Source: Verrucomicrobiales bacterium
GTDB lineage: Bacteria; Verrucomicrobiota; Verrucomicrobiia; Limisphaerales; F1-80-MAGS106
Direction of reading: 5' to 3'
Length of the DNA: 25,923 nucleotides
NCBI GenBank assembly: GCA_947487925.1
Contig: CANLCA010000001.1
Location: 1 to 25,923, forward strand
The notes under the pieces were generated by a model. It was not told where the DNA came from. It saw nothing but the letters and a program-made list of their open reading frames with translations, and ran no database searches. Of the stretch, positions 18,419 through 25,923 are shown one piece after another. A program made the position numbers and the translations under genes. Numbering within the stretch: position 1 is the stretch's first letter; each line of letters begins with the position of its first letter.

Positions 18419-18455
18419 ATCCTGACCCCACGCCTTTGTTTTGTAAACGAAAGGC
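18419..18455 (-). promoter_or_regulatory. Possible tatT promoter whose -35 lies inside an inverted repeat
   Basis: On the minus strand, TTTACA(18447-18442)-N17-CAGGAT(18424-18419). Inverted repeat GCCTTT-GTTT-tgt-AAAC-g-AAAGGC at 18432-18455. Confidence 0.35.
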
Positions 18456-18500
18456 TCGTCTTGGGCGGCCATTCAAGGTGCTCACAGGAACCTCCCTGCT

Positions 18501-20858
18501 CTAAAAGTTTGGCGCTCGATTCCAGTGGTCGATTTGAGGTGTCTTGACGAGCGATCGCGAGCCATCGGGCCAAAGGATCTCGAGCTTCTCCACCGCCGTC
18601 AGGGTGCCCAGCCCAAAGTGCGCCGATGGGGCGTGTTGGGAACGGTAGGAGTCGCCCGTGAGCAGCCATCGGGTTTGCACGCCCCGGGACGTCTGCAAAC
18701 GGACCCGAGCGCCCATCCACGAGCGTCTGAGACTGTCGAGTCTAAGCCCGATCCAGTGGCCCGCATCCGTCAACGTGTTTCTGAGCACGCGCAGGCGAGG
18801 CCGTCGCTCCGGCCAAGCGCTGAAGGTTGTGATCACCAAATCCAGACGGCCATCGCCATCCAAGTCATCGGCCACGAGGTTTTGCGAATCCTCAGGAACA
18901 GTCGCTCCCAAGAGAAACGCGCCATCGGCGTAGTCAACGCCACCGGTGTTCACAAACAAACCCTGGCTCTGCCATCCGCCGTAGGAGGCCCCCTCCGCAA
19001 CACGCCGCGTGTGGGCCGAACCGAAGTAAAGGCTTGCAACGGGGTCATTAGCCGAGCTTCCCACGAAGATATCATGCACCCAGAACTGACGTTCATAGTC
19101 TTGCACGCTCGGCCCGGTTTCGTGTCAAGATGCGTTGGCGACATCCAAAAGTCCATCGTTGTTAAAGTCGAATAAGGACACCCCCCAAGCCCAACCGGTG
19201 CGGGCTAGGCGATCCGCAAAGGGGGCCATCTTGAGCCCCTCAGGACTCCCTAGAAACAAACGGTTGCCGTAGGTCATTGCCGCCCTCTTTTCGGGGTTGC
19301 CCGTCAAACCTGATCGAGCCAGGCCCATGGCGTCGAGCCGCGTCGCCATGGGGGAATTCATCCCCATCGCAAACAGGTCGGGGCGCTCGTCGGAGTTGAG
19401 GTCGCCCACGGCATGAGCCATCCCGAAAAGGTGCCGTGCGTCCCCTAGTTTTCCTGTCCTGTCGAGAAACCGGCCGCGCTGATCATTCATGTAGAGGTCC
19501 ACGCCCGCGAAGTCACTCACGTTCAGGAGGTCCAGGCTGCCGTCGCCATCGAGATCCACAAAGGAGGCGCTGTAGGTGCGACGCCATCTCTTCGAGGCGA
19601 GCCCCGATGCTTGGGTGATGTCCGTGAATCCGCCGGAGCCATCATTGCGGAGGAGAAAGGACGGGAACCCGTCATTCGCGTCGAAGTAAGGCGTTGGAAA
19701 CTGCCCCCCTTGGTAGGGCAGCTTATACTGGGTGACCCAAAGGTCGAGATCCCCATCCCTGTCGATGTCTCCCGCCGTGATCACCTGGGGATGACGCAGC
19801 GGTTCGGGGCTGTTCCAGACCCAGTTGCCAGGCCCCGGAAAGTGCCCTCCGCCATCGTTTGCGCAAAGCCACATCCCCGGTCCTCCGGCCAGCAGGAGAT
19901 CCGCGTGCCCATCGCCGTTCAGGTCCGCGAGCAGAGCTGCAAACACACGACCTTCTGGCAAGGTCGCCAGTGGACCCGAGCTGAAGCTGTCCGCCTCCCG
20001 CCGGAATATCTTGTTCGCTCCTACCAGGATGATCTGAGACACGCCGTCGCCTCGAAGATCGCAAAGCAGCATTGGATCCACAAAACCAGATCGACTCGAG
20101 GGATCCAGTTCTGTCTGAAAAATCTCCTGGAACACCGGCGGGCCGGAGCGGACAAGGCATTCGAAGTTCCGCGCCGAGATCGTGTTCGGGATCGGAGTGC
20201 TGGTCTTGGACGCGGCGACCTTCCAAGTGACCAGTAAATCACCGCTGACAACGGCCCGTTGCGACCGGGTCTCATTCAGCAGCTCCGCCGACACCGCGAT
20301 GGTGGAGGTGGCCGCCAGGGGAGGTTCTGAGGGGCGGAACGCCGTTTCATTCCACCGCGTGCGGCCGAGTCGCCATCCGTCGTTCCGCCAGGCGTCAATG
20401 GCGGAGCGCCAGCTCGATGCGTCGAGAAACCCGCCCCCGACGTTCGTCACGGCATCGGCGAAAGTGATCTTTCGAATTCCATGGAGAAGTGTTCGAACCG
20501 AGTTGGTGGCGCCGAGTCGCAGTTCTCCAGGATCGAATTCCCCCAGCGCGTTGAGAGGCTCTTCAGAGCGGTTGAGTGAATTCCAAAGAGCTTGAAACAC
20601 GTCCTCATGCCGCTGAGCTTCCAACTCCTGCCGCCAGATCGTCGCATCCGCCTTGCGTTCACGCTCTTCCAAAGCACGGAATGATTGTGCGTGCACCAGG
20701 CTGATGGCCCTCCCTCCCTGGGATTGCAAAGCGGACGGCGGCCCTTCGACGGGAGGAGGCAGACCTTGGCGCCATCGGCGCGCGATCAGCGCGCCCAAGA
20801 GCAAGAGCAGCAGAAAACCAAGCCGCCAATGGTGAGAACGAGACATCTCGTGAGACAT
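18501..20858 (-). pseudogene. CRTAC1-family protein (FG-GAP repeats plus C-terminal ASPIC/UnbV domain) interrupted by one in-frame TGA at 19127-19125
   Basis: Repeated DxNxDGxxDL motifs and a C-terminal 'GDSYRSQHAPSAHFGLG...LEILWPDG'. The listed ORFs 19125..21017 and 18501..19106 are in the same frame and join as DFNNDGLLDVANAS*HETGPSVQDYERQFW. Start placed at ATG 20858, before the hydrophobic anchor LGFLLLLLLGALIA. Confidence 0.75.
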
Positions 20859-21047
20859 CCTGCCTCTCGCTCGAGCGTTTGGGAATTGGTATTCTTCATG
20901 GGTTGAGGCGAAGGGACCCAAGGGTCTTAAAGACCCTGGCGACGGAGATGTCCTCAGGCTCCTTCCACCAAAAGCACCCCGCCGAGTTAGCAGACAAAAA
21001 GGCTTTCGGAATTGCATAGTGTCTTGGGTTATTGCAAAAACGAGCTC

Positions 21048-22937
21048 ATGCTCTTGCGTCTCGTCCTCCCGATGCTGACCGCCCTCCTGGCGGGGTTGGT
21101 TGCCGGGTGTTCTCGCGACCCCGGAGCTGGATCTTCGCCCATCGTCAAACCGTCGGATTCAACCTGGTCTACGAATGATTCCGAGGCTTTCGAGATTTTG
21201 CCTCAAGTCGCCCAGGTGCCCACCTATTCCGGATCCAAGGATTGCAAGCAATGTCACGAGAAGCAGCACGTGAGCTGGTACCAGAGTTATCACCGGACCA
21301 TGACACAGCTCCCTGTGCCCGGTGCAGTCCAGGCGGATTTCGACAATGTGACCCTAACGAATTCCGGCACGCGCTACGTTCTCAATCGCAAGAAGGATGA
21401 GTATTGGATTCGCATGGAGAACCTGTCTCCGGCGAGCGAGGATCCTCCCGGCCAGGAGGCTGAGGAAGTCCCGTTGGGTCTGGTTACAGGCTCGCATCAC
21501 ATGCAGGTTTTCTGGATCCCCGTGGGGTTGGGGAATTGCCAGATGGGTTTTCCGTTCACCTGGCTGATCCCTGAACGACGCTGGGTTCCCCGAAATACCA
21601 CCTTCATCCGCCCGCCGAACTTAGAGCATCGTCCCGAAACGTGGAACCACGTCTGTGCCCGATGCCACGCCACTGCCACGCAACCCAATTATGATCGAAC
21701 CACCAAGACGTGGAACACGCAGGTGGCAGATTTTGGCATCGCTTGCGAGGCTTGCCACGGTCCCGGTGAAAAACATGTGACGCAGCAACAGGAGCTTAGG
21801 CGATTGAAGCTGAGGCCCGATGCTCGAGGCACGAATCTTCTCATCGTGCATCCTGAGAAGCTCACCGCCTCGCGCGCTTCTCAGGTCTGCGGCTACTGCC
21901 ATTCCATGAAATGGTTGGACCGTAAGGAAGGCTGGCCTGAGCATCCCTTTACCTATCGTCCAGGGCAGGATCTGGATCTGTCAACCCCGGTCATCCGTCC
22001 CAAGGAAATCGACCGCCAACCCTGGTTGCACAGCGTGCTGGAGAAGAATCCTGAGATTCTCAACGATTTTTTCTGGTCCGACGGAATGATCCGAGTAAGC
22101 GGCCGTGAATACAACGGGTTGATCGAGTCGCCCTGTTACAAAGGAGGCCAGTTTTCGTGCCTCTCCTGTCATAGTCTTCACAAGGGGGAACCAGATGACC
22201 AACTGGCGCATGATCGCAACACAGACAAGGCTTGCCTTCAGTGTCACGACCGGTTCCAAAAGGAATCGGAGCTGACGGCCCACACCCACCACCGTGCTGG
22301 ATCAACCGGCAGCGCCTGCTACAACTGTCATATGCCTCATACTTCCTACGGCGTTCTAAAGGCCATTCGCAGCCATCAGGTGAGCAGCCCCAATGTCGCG
22401 GATCACCTGGCGACCGGTCGGCCCAATGCCTGCAACCTCTGTCACTTGGACAAACCGCTGGCCTGGACCTCACAAACGCTTTCCCGATGGTACCGGCACC
22501 CAATACCCCTTCTCAAGGAGGAGCACTCGACGCTGTCGGAAGCCGTGCGTTTGGGTTTGGGAGGAGATGCGGGACAACGGGCCCTGTTGGCTTGGCATTT
22601 CAGTTGGGAACCCGCCCTCCAGATTTCCGGAAAGGCTTGGACTGCTCCGGTGCTCGCCACGCTTTTGGATGATCCTTACGCAGCGGTCCGCTGCGTGGCG
22701 GAACGTTCGCTGCGGTTCGTGGACAAGCTCGTCCCCGCCGGCTATGACTTCACGCTGGATCCCGGTAGCCGCCCTGAGGTGAGCCCTGGCATCATCCGGA
22801 GCTGGGCGCTCACAGCCACGAATCTATCGATGCCTGCCGAGACAGGGGCCGACGCTTCGAACCCGTCCGGGACGCAAGAACGTTATGGGCGACTAGGAGC
22901 CCAGCGGGACCCGAGGCCGGTACGACTCAGGGAGTGA
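21048..22937 (+). CDS. Octaheme c-type cytochrome, probable lipoprotein, with a C-terminal HEAT-like segment
   Basis: Lipobox LVAGC and eight CxxCH motifs (CKQCH, CARCH, CEACH, CGYCH, CLSCH, CLQCH, CYNCH, CNLCH), followed by LLDDPYAAVRCVAERSL. Start at ATG 21048 rather than TTG 21012. Confidence 0.9.
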   Translation: MLLRLVLPMLTALLAGLVAGCSRDPGAGSSPIVKPSDSTWSTNDSEAFEILPQVAQVPTYSGSKDCKQCHEKQHVSWYQSYHRTMTQLPVPGAVQADFDNVTLTNSGTRYVLNRKKDEYWIRMENLSPASEDPPGQEAEEVPLGLVTGSHHMQVFWIPVGLGNCQMGFPFTWLIPERRWVPRNTTFIRPPNLEHRPETWNHVCARCHATATQPNYDRTTKTWNTQVADFGIACEACHGPGEKHVTQQQELRRLKLRPDARGTNLLIVHPEKLTASRASQVCGYCHSMKWLDRKEGWPEHPFTYRPGQDLDLSTPVIRPKEIDRQPWLHSVLEKNPEILNDFFWSDGMIRVSGREYNGLIESPCYKGGQFSCLSCHSLHKGEPDDQLAHDRNTDKACLQCHDRFQKESELTAHTHHRAGSTGSACYNCHMPHTSYGVLKAIRSHQVSSPNVADHLATGRPNACNLCHLDKPLAWTSQTLSRWYRHPIPLLKEEHSTLSEAVRLGLGGDAGQRALLAWHFSWEPALQISGKAWTAPVLATLLDDPYAAVRCVAERSLRFVDKLVPAGYDFTLDPGSRPEVSPGIIRSWALTATNLSMPAETGADASNPSGTQERYGRLGAQRDPRPVRLRE

Positions 22938-22970
22938 CTTGCAAGAATTGGACAAGCGAAAATGGGCAAT

Positions 22971-22999
22971 GAGAATGGCTCCAACTCCATTCTCTTTTT
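22971..22999 (+). terminator. Intrinsic terminator after the cytochrome gene
   Basis: GAGAATGG-ctccaact-CCATTCTC (8-bp stem) followed by TTTTT, 33 nt after the stop. Confidence 0.7.
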
Positions 23000-23003
23000 G
23001 CCT

Positions 23004-23348
23004 TCACCGCCCTCCGACCGTCATAGATCTCAGGGCATTGGCAGCCTGAGCGGCAGCGGGGCTAGTCGCCCCGGCCTCAGACAGTTTGTCGCGCACCTGC
23101 CTCGAAAGCACCATGAACTGGATGTTTTGCTCCTCGGTGGTGCAGGCATCCCGGACCTTGAACAGGGCGGCCATGGCCCCATCATAATTCTTTTTTTCAA
23201 TGGCAGCCCAGACGTTGGTGGCCCCAGGCAAACCGGCCGCACCCGCAATCACATCGGGATCTTCCCCCGACTTCTTATTACAACCGGGGCTGAGACCCAC
23301 AGCAACAAGGCACACTAGAAGGGAAGCGATTCTCGCGTAAGAACTCAT
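23004..23348 (-). CDS. Small helical lipoprotein of unknown function (114 aa), downstream partner of the prepilin-type gene
   Basis: MSSYARIASLLVCLVAVGLSPGC signal/lipobox and an Ala-rich helical body. Same strand, 74 nt downstream of the prepilin-type CDS. Confidence 0.75.
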   Translation of the reverse strand: MSSYARIASLLVCLVAVGLSPGCNKKSGEDPDVIAGAAGLPGATNVWAAIEKKNYDGAMAALFKVRDACTTEEQNIQFMVLSRQVRDKLSEAGATSPAAAQAANALRSMTVGGR

Positions 23349-23381
23349 AGTTTTCGAGCGGAAAAAAGGCGCCCCCAAATG

Positions 23382-23420
23382 CCTCAAGGAGCTTGAATTC
23401 GAACTTTTGAACCTTGAGGA
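23382..23420. repeat. 8-bp inverted repeat enclosing degenerate heptamer repeats
   Basis: CCTCAAGG (23382-23389) and CCTTGAGG (23412-23419). Heptamer register TTGAATT CGAACTT TTGAACC TTGAGGA from 23393. Confidence 0.5.
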
Positions 23421-23422
23421 AC

Positions 23423-24313
23423 TCAGTAGCGCGGCCCGTTCAAGATATCGTTCGGGGCGGGGAGTTTCCTGGTGACCAACTCATAACACTTATTCCATTT
23501 GATCAGCTGGGCGCTGCCGCCGAACATGCCCACAACGGCACCGCCCGAAAGGTTTTTCGCTGTCGCGTAGGGAAGGCTGAGGTGGTTTGCCGCGCCGGAG
23601 TGGCGCAGGGAAAGGGTTTCTCCGATGGATTCAGGATTGTTCCCCGCGTCGTTGAAGAAGAACGAGTCGCTTTCGTTTTGCTCCCACATTTGCCAATCTG
23701 TTGCGTTAAAATTCGTCAGCTTGAACGTCTTGCCATCGGGCGATGGGGCCGCCCCTTTGCTGCCCACATAGCCGCCGATGGTTCCGTTCCAGCAATACGA
23801 CGTGAGTTTCACGGGGCGTCCGAGCCAGAGTGTCTTGAAACGGCCACCGCCACGCTGCGCGACGTCCTTCGGGCACCACAACACTTTTTGGTCGCTGATA
23901 ATCGGGCCGAGCTGGCTGATTTTGAAAAAAGCCAACTGATTGCTCCAGGCCGCTGAGTTCAGATCCTTCCCCGCGGCGGAGCCGGGCGTGTTGGGAAACC
24001 CAGGAAGACGTCCCGCATTCGCGGTGGCATAGCACCAGCCATCGGGGCCCGACAAATCCCCACCCCAGGTCGGATGGGCGTTGTAGTCGTTGTTGTCCGT
24101 GGCGTACATGTTGTTCGCCAGCAAAATTTGTTTGACGTTGTTAAGGTCCAAAGCCATTTGGGCTTTGTCCTTCGCTTTGCTGAGGGCCGGGAGCAACATG
24201 CCGGCCAAAATGGCGATGATGGCGATGACAACGAGGAGCTCAATCAGCGTGAACGCCAACGCGAATCCGCGAGGGGCGCGGTCTGTTTTCAAGTAACCGG
24301 GCTTGCTTCTCAT
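23423..24313 (-). CDS. Prepilin-type N-terminal cleavage/methylation domain protein (DUF1559-like PVC family)
   Basis: [41 protein letters not shown], YxxDNND, LWCPKD, TSYCWNG, and a variant H-X9-DG-type C-terminus. Confidence 0.92.
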   Translation of the reverse strand: MRSKPGYLKTDRAPRGFALAFTLIELLVVIAIIAILAGMLLPALSKAKDKAQMALDLNNVKQILLANNMYATDNNDYNAHPTWGGDLSGPDGWCYATANAGRLPGFPNTPGSAAGKDLNSAAWSNQLAFFKISQLGPIISDQKVLWCPKDVAQRGGGRFKTLWLGRPVKLTSYCWNGTIGGYVGSKGAAPSPDGKTFKLTNFNATDWQMWEQNESDSFFFNDAGNNPESIGETLSLRHSGAANHLSLPYATAKNLSGGAVVGMFGGSAQLIKWNKCYELVTRKLPAPNDILNGPRY

Positions 24314-24349
24314 AAATTTTTCGGGCTGTTCTGGGTTGGGACTCAGACC

Positions 24350-24389
24350 TGCTTACCACCCTGTTTTCACGCTGTCAAAACTTTTGACA
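24350..24389 (-). promoter_or_regulatory. Putative promoter of the prepilin-type gene overlapped by a perfect 17-bp palindrome
   Basis: TGTCAAAA-C-TTTTGACA at 24373-24389. On the minus strand, TTGACA(24378-24373)-N17-TAAGCA(24355-24350), preceded by TG-n. Confidence 0.55.
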
Positions 24390-24423
24390 CTGTGCCCTCT
24401 CACGCTCACCCAGCCTCCACCAT

Positions 24424-24440
24424 GAAGGCAGAATGCCTTC
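24424..24440. other. Intergenic hairpin downstream of the topoisomerase gene, without a U-tract
   Basis: GAAGGCA-gaa-TGCCTTC, 7-bp stem. Confidence 0.3.
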
Positions 24441-24550
24441 GTGCGTTCTCTGGCGCCCGCCGACCAGCGAATCTGAGGATCCAAACTGAGGTCAACCCAT
24501 GTCCTGATAGGAGGGGTCGCATCCCGATGAACTCGCCTCCGCCTTGTCCG

Positions 24551-25921
24551 TCACGCGAAATTCAGCTTCGGCGATGCCGCTTCATGGTCCCAATTCCGAG
24601 GCGGTTTGGTATTGATGGACGCAACGTCTTTGATGGAAATCTGATTCCCTCGGGCCTTCACGGACTTCACTGATAATTCGCCGGGCTTGCAGGTCTGTTG
24701 GTTGATCTTTTGATGCGGTGCTGGCTTGTATTTGATGAACAAGTTGTCCGGCGTGTCGGGCGCAAAAAAGAGAATCTTCGATTTGGCAGGCACCAGCTCG
24801 TATTCCTTGTCCAGGATCGTGCCCCCGAAAGTAAACCTTTTCAGGTAGGTCGCGTCACCGTCGCTGTAGGCCAACGTCATGACTCGGTCCCTCTCGGGAA
24901 TTGCGCAGTAAAGCACGTCCGGCCCGATAAACAGTTTCTCGGGCAGTTCAATCACTTTGTAATGCCCATCGCGAAACACCAGAAGAAGCTTGTCGAACTG
25001 GGAGCAATCGATCCGGAACTCCTCCCCAACCACCTTGTAACCGATGTAACCCTTCTCGCGGTCGTAGGCAGACTTGAAGCTCTTGAAGGCGACGTCTCGA
25101 GCTTCCACCTCGTCGTAGTTCCGCGTCTTGGTGAGGCGTGGATAGAGTGGTCCGTACTGAGCCAGAAGCTCTTCCAGATGGTGGATCGCATACGGGATGG
25201 GGGCTTTTAGATGTTTACGGATCCTGTCCAGCTCTGCGCGGACCTTCTCCATTTCTTCCCGATGCTTCTGAATGTCGAAAAGGGAGATGCGGCGGATACG
25301 CACCCCGAGTAGCATCTCCACATCGGGATCGGTGAGGTCGCGGTGCATCTCCTTCCGATAGGGTTTGAAACCCTGGTAGATACCCTGGGTAACCGCCTCG
25401 TTGGTTTTGCATTGCTCGATTTGTTTGTAGATTCTGTTTTCCACGAAGATGCGGACCAGGGTTTTAAAGTGGAGATCATCCTGGAGCTTGAGCTCGCGCA
25501 GTTCCAGGTCGCGCTTCAGGATGTCCAGCAGCCTCGCGGTGGTTTCTTTGAGGATTTCCGAGACGGTCATTTCGACAGGTCGGTTGTCTTTGATCAGGGC
25601 GATCCGGCTCGAGATGGTGGCTTCGCAGGCCGTGAACGCGTAGAGCGCGTCCACAAGTTGTTCGGCATCGATGCCAGGGGGAGCTTTGATTTCGATCTCA
25701 ATGTCCTCCGCGGTAAAATCATTGAGGCTCTTCACCTTCAACTTCCCTTTGCGGGTGGCGTCTTCGATGGAAGCGATAAGCGATTCCGACGAGCATCCCG
25801 GGGGGATTTCCTTGATGACCACCGTGGACTCGTCCTTGATTTTGATCCTTGCCCGAACGCGTACACTGCCCAGTCCATCGCGGTATTCCCGGGCATCCAT
25901 CAAACCGCCGGTGATAAAATC
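24551..25921 (-). CDS. parC: DNA topoisomerase IV subunit A (GyrA/ParC family, short C-terminal domain). 5'-partial.
   Basis: The frame is open to the right edge (DFITGGLMDAREY...). GxGxVRVRARI, VVIKEIP, DFTAEDIEIEI, LYAFTACE and IRRISLFD motifs. The CTD has no canonical GyrA box (QRRGGKG), favouring ParC over GyrA. Confidence 0.85.
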   Translation of the reverse strand, partial: DFITGGLMDAREYRDGLGSVRVRARIKIKDESTVVIKEIPPGCSSESLIASIEDATRKGKLKVKSLNDFTAEDIEIEIKAPPGIDAEQLVDALYAFTACEATISSRIALIKDNRPVEMTVSEILKETTARLLDILKRDLELRELKLQDDLHFKTLVRIFVENRIYKQIEQCKTNEAVTQGIYQGFKPYRKEMHRDLTDPDVEMLLGVRIRRISLFDIQKHREEMEKVRAELDRIRKHLKAPIPYAIHHLEELLAQYGPLYPRLTKTRNYDEVEARDVAFKSFKSAYDREKGYIGYKVVGEEFRIDCSQFDKLLLVFRDGHYKVIELPEKLFIGPDVLYCAIPERDRVMTLAYSDGDATYLKRFTFGGTILDKEYELVPAKSKILFFAPDTPDNLFIKYKPAPHQKINQQTCKPGELSVKSVKARGNQISIKDVASINTKPPRNWDHEAASPKLNFA

Positions 25922-25923
25922 CG

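Noticed and set aside
19099-19127. Selenocysteine at the in-frame UGA; the context UGA-CAC-G and 'UH..GPSV' recalls E. coli fdhF
   Set aside because: The position corresponds to Gly in the family motif, not Cys. The hairpin includes the UGA instead of starting downstream as a bacterial SECIS does, and no redox motif surrounds it. Treated as coincidence; checking for selABCD in the genome would settle it.
19125-19127. Genome-wide UGA-to-Gly or UGA-to-Trp recoding
   Set aside because: Most genes in the window end with TGA at the expected family C-terminus, two form ATGA overlaps, and no other gene has an internal TGA.
20859-21047. Extended starts at 21017 (-) and 21012 (+), which would make the two divergent genes overlap; also a sigma54-like GG...TTGC at 21001-21015
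   Set aside because: The extensions precede clear signal or anchor sequences and look non-coding. The GG-to-GC spacing is 11 nt, not the required 10.
24551-25921. Calling the last gene gyrA
   Set aside because: No GyrA box and no clear six-blade pinwheel repeats in the CTD. The diagnostic N-terminus is outside the window, so parC is likely but not proven.
1-25923. Mobile element, prophage or defence island
   Set aside because: No integrase, transposase, phage structural gene, nuclease, terminal repeat or target-site duplication was recognised, and no abrupt composition shift was evident by eye.

Overview
A GC-rich bacterial chromosomal window. The gene families suggest Verrucomicrobiota or a related PVC lineage (inference). 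No rRNA, tRNA, CRISPR array, integrase or transposase was recognised. Left to right: a 5'-truncated beta-propeller-sensor hybrid histidine kinase coupled to a REC-HisKA-HATPase kinase; an orphan CapD/WbpM/PglF-type sugar dehydratase; a TPR lipoprotein; a GH13+GH133 glycogen debranching fusion preceded by a galactokinase-fold protein; aroB; a PD40-like propeller, TatP and TatT (a TPAT-type TRAP locus); a CRTAC1/ASPIC-UnbV gene broken by one in-frame TGA; a divergent octaheme cytochrome c lipoprotein; a small lipoprotein with a prepilin-type protein; and the 3' part of a topoisomerase IV A subunit. The best leads are four. (1) A full-length GalK-fold ORF that has lost all catalytic and ligand motifs sits directly upstream of the debranching enzyme. 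(2) The tatT-tatP pair lacks its membrane permease and has a roughly 11-repeat propeller coupled in that position. (3) The in-frame UGA in the CRTAC1-like gene lies inside a bulged 9-bp hairpin. (4) A 69-aa insertion in a kinase ATPase domain carries the same heptamer repeat found intergenically. All functional interpretations are hypotheses; no searches or folding programs were run.
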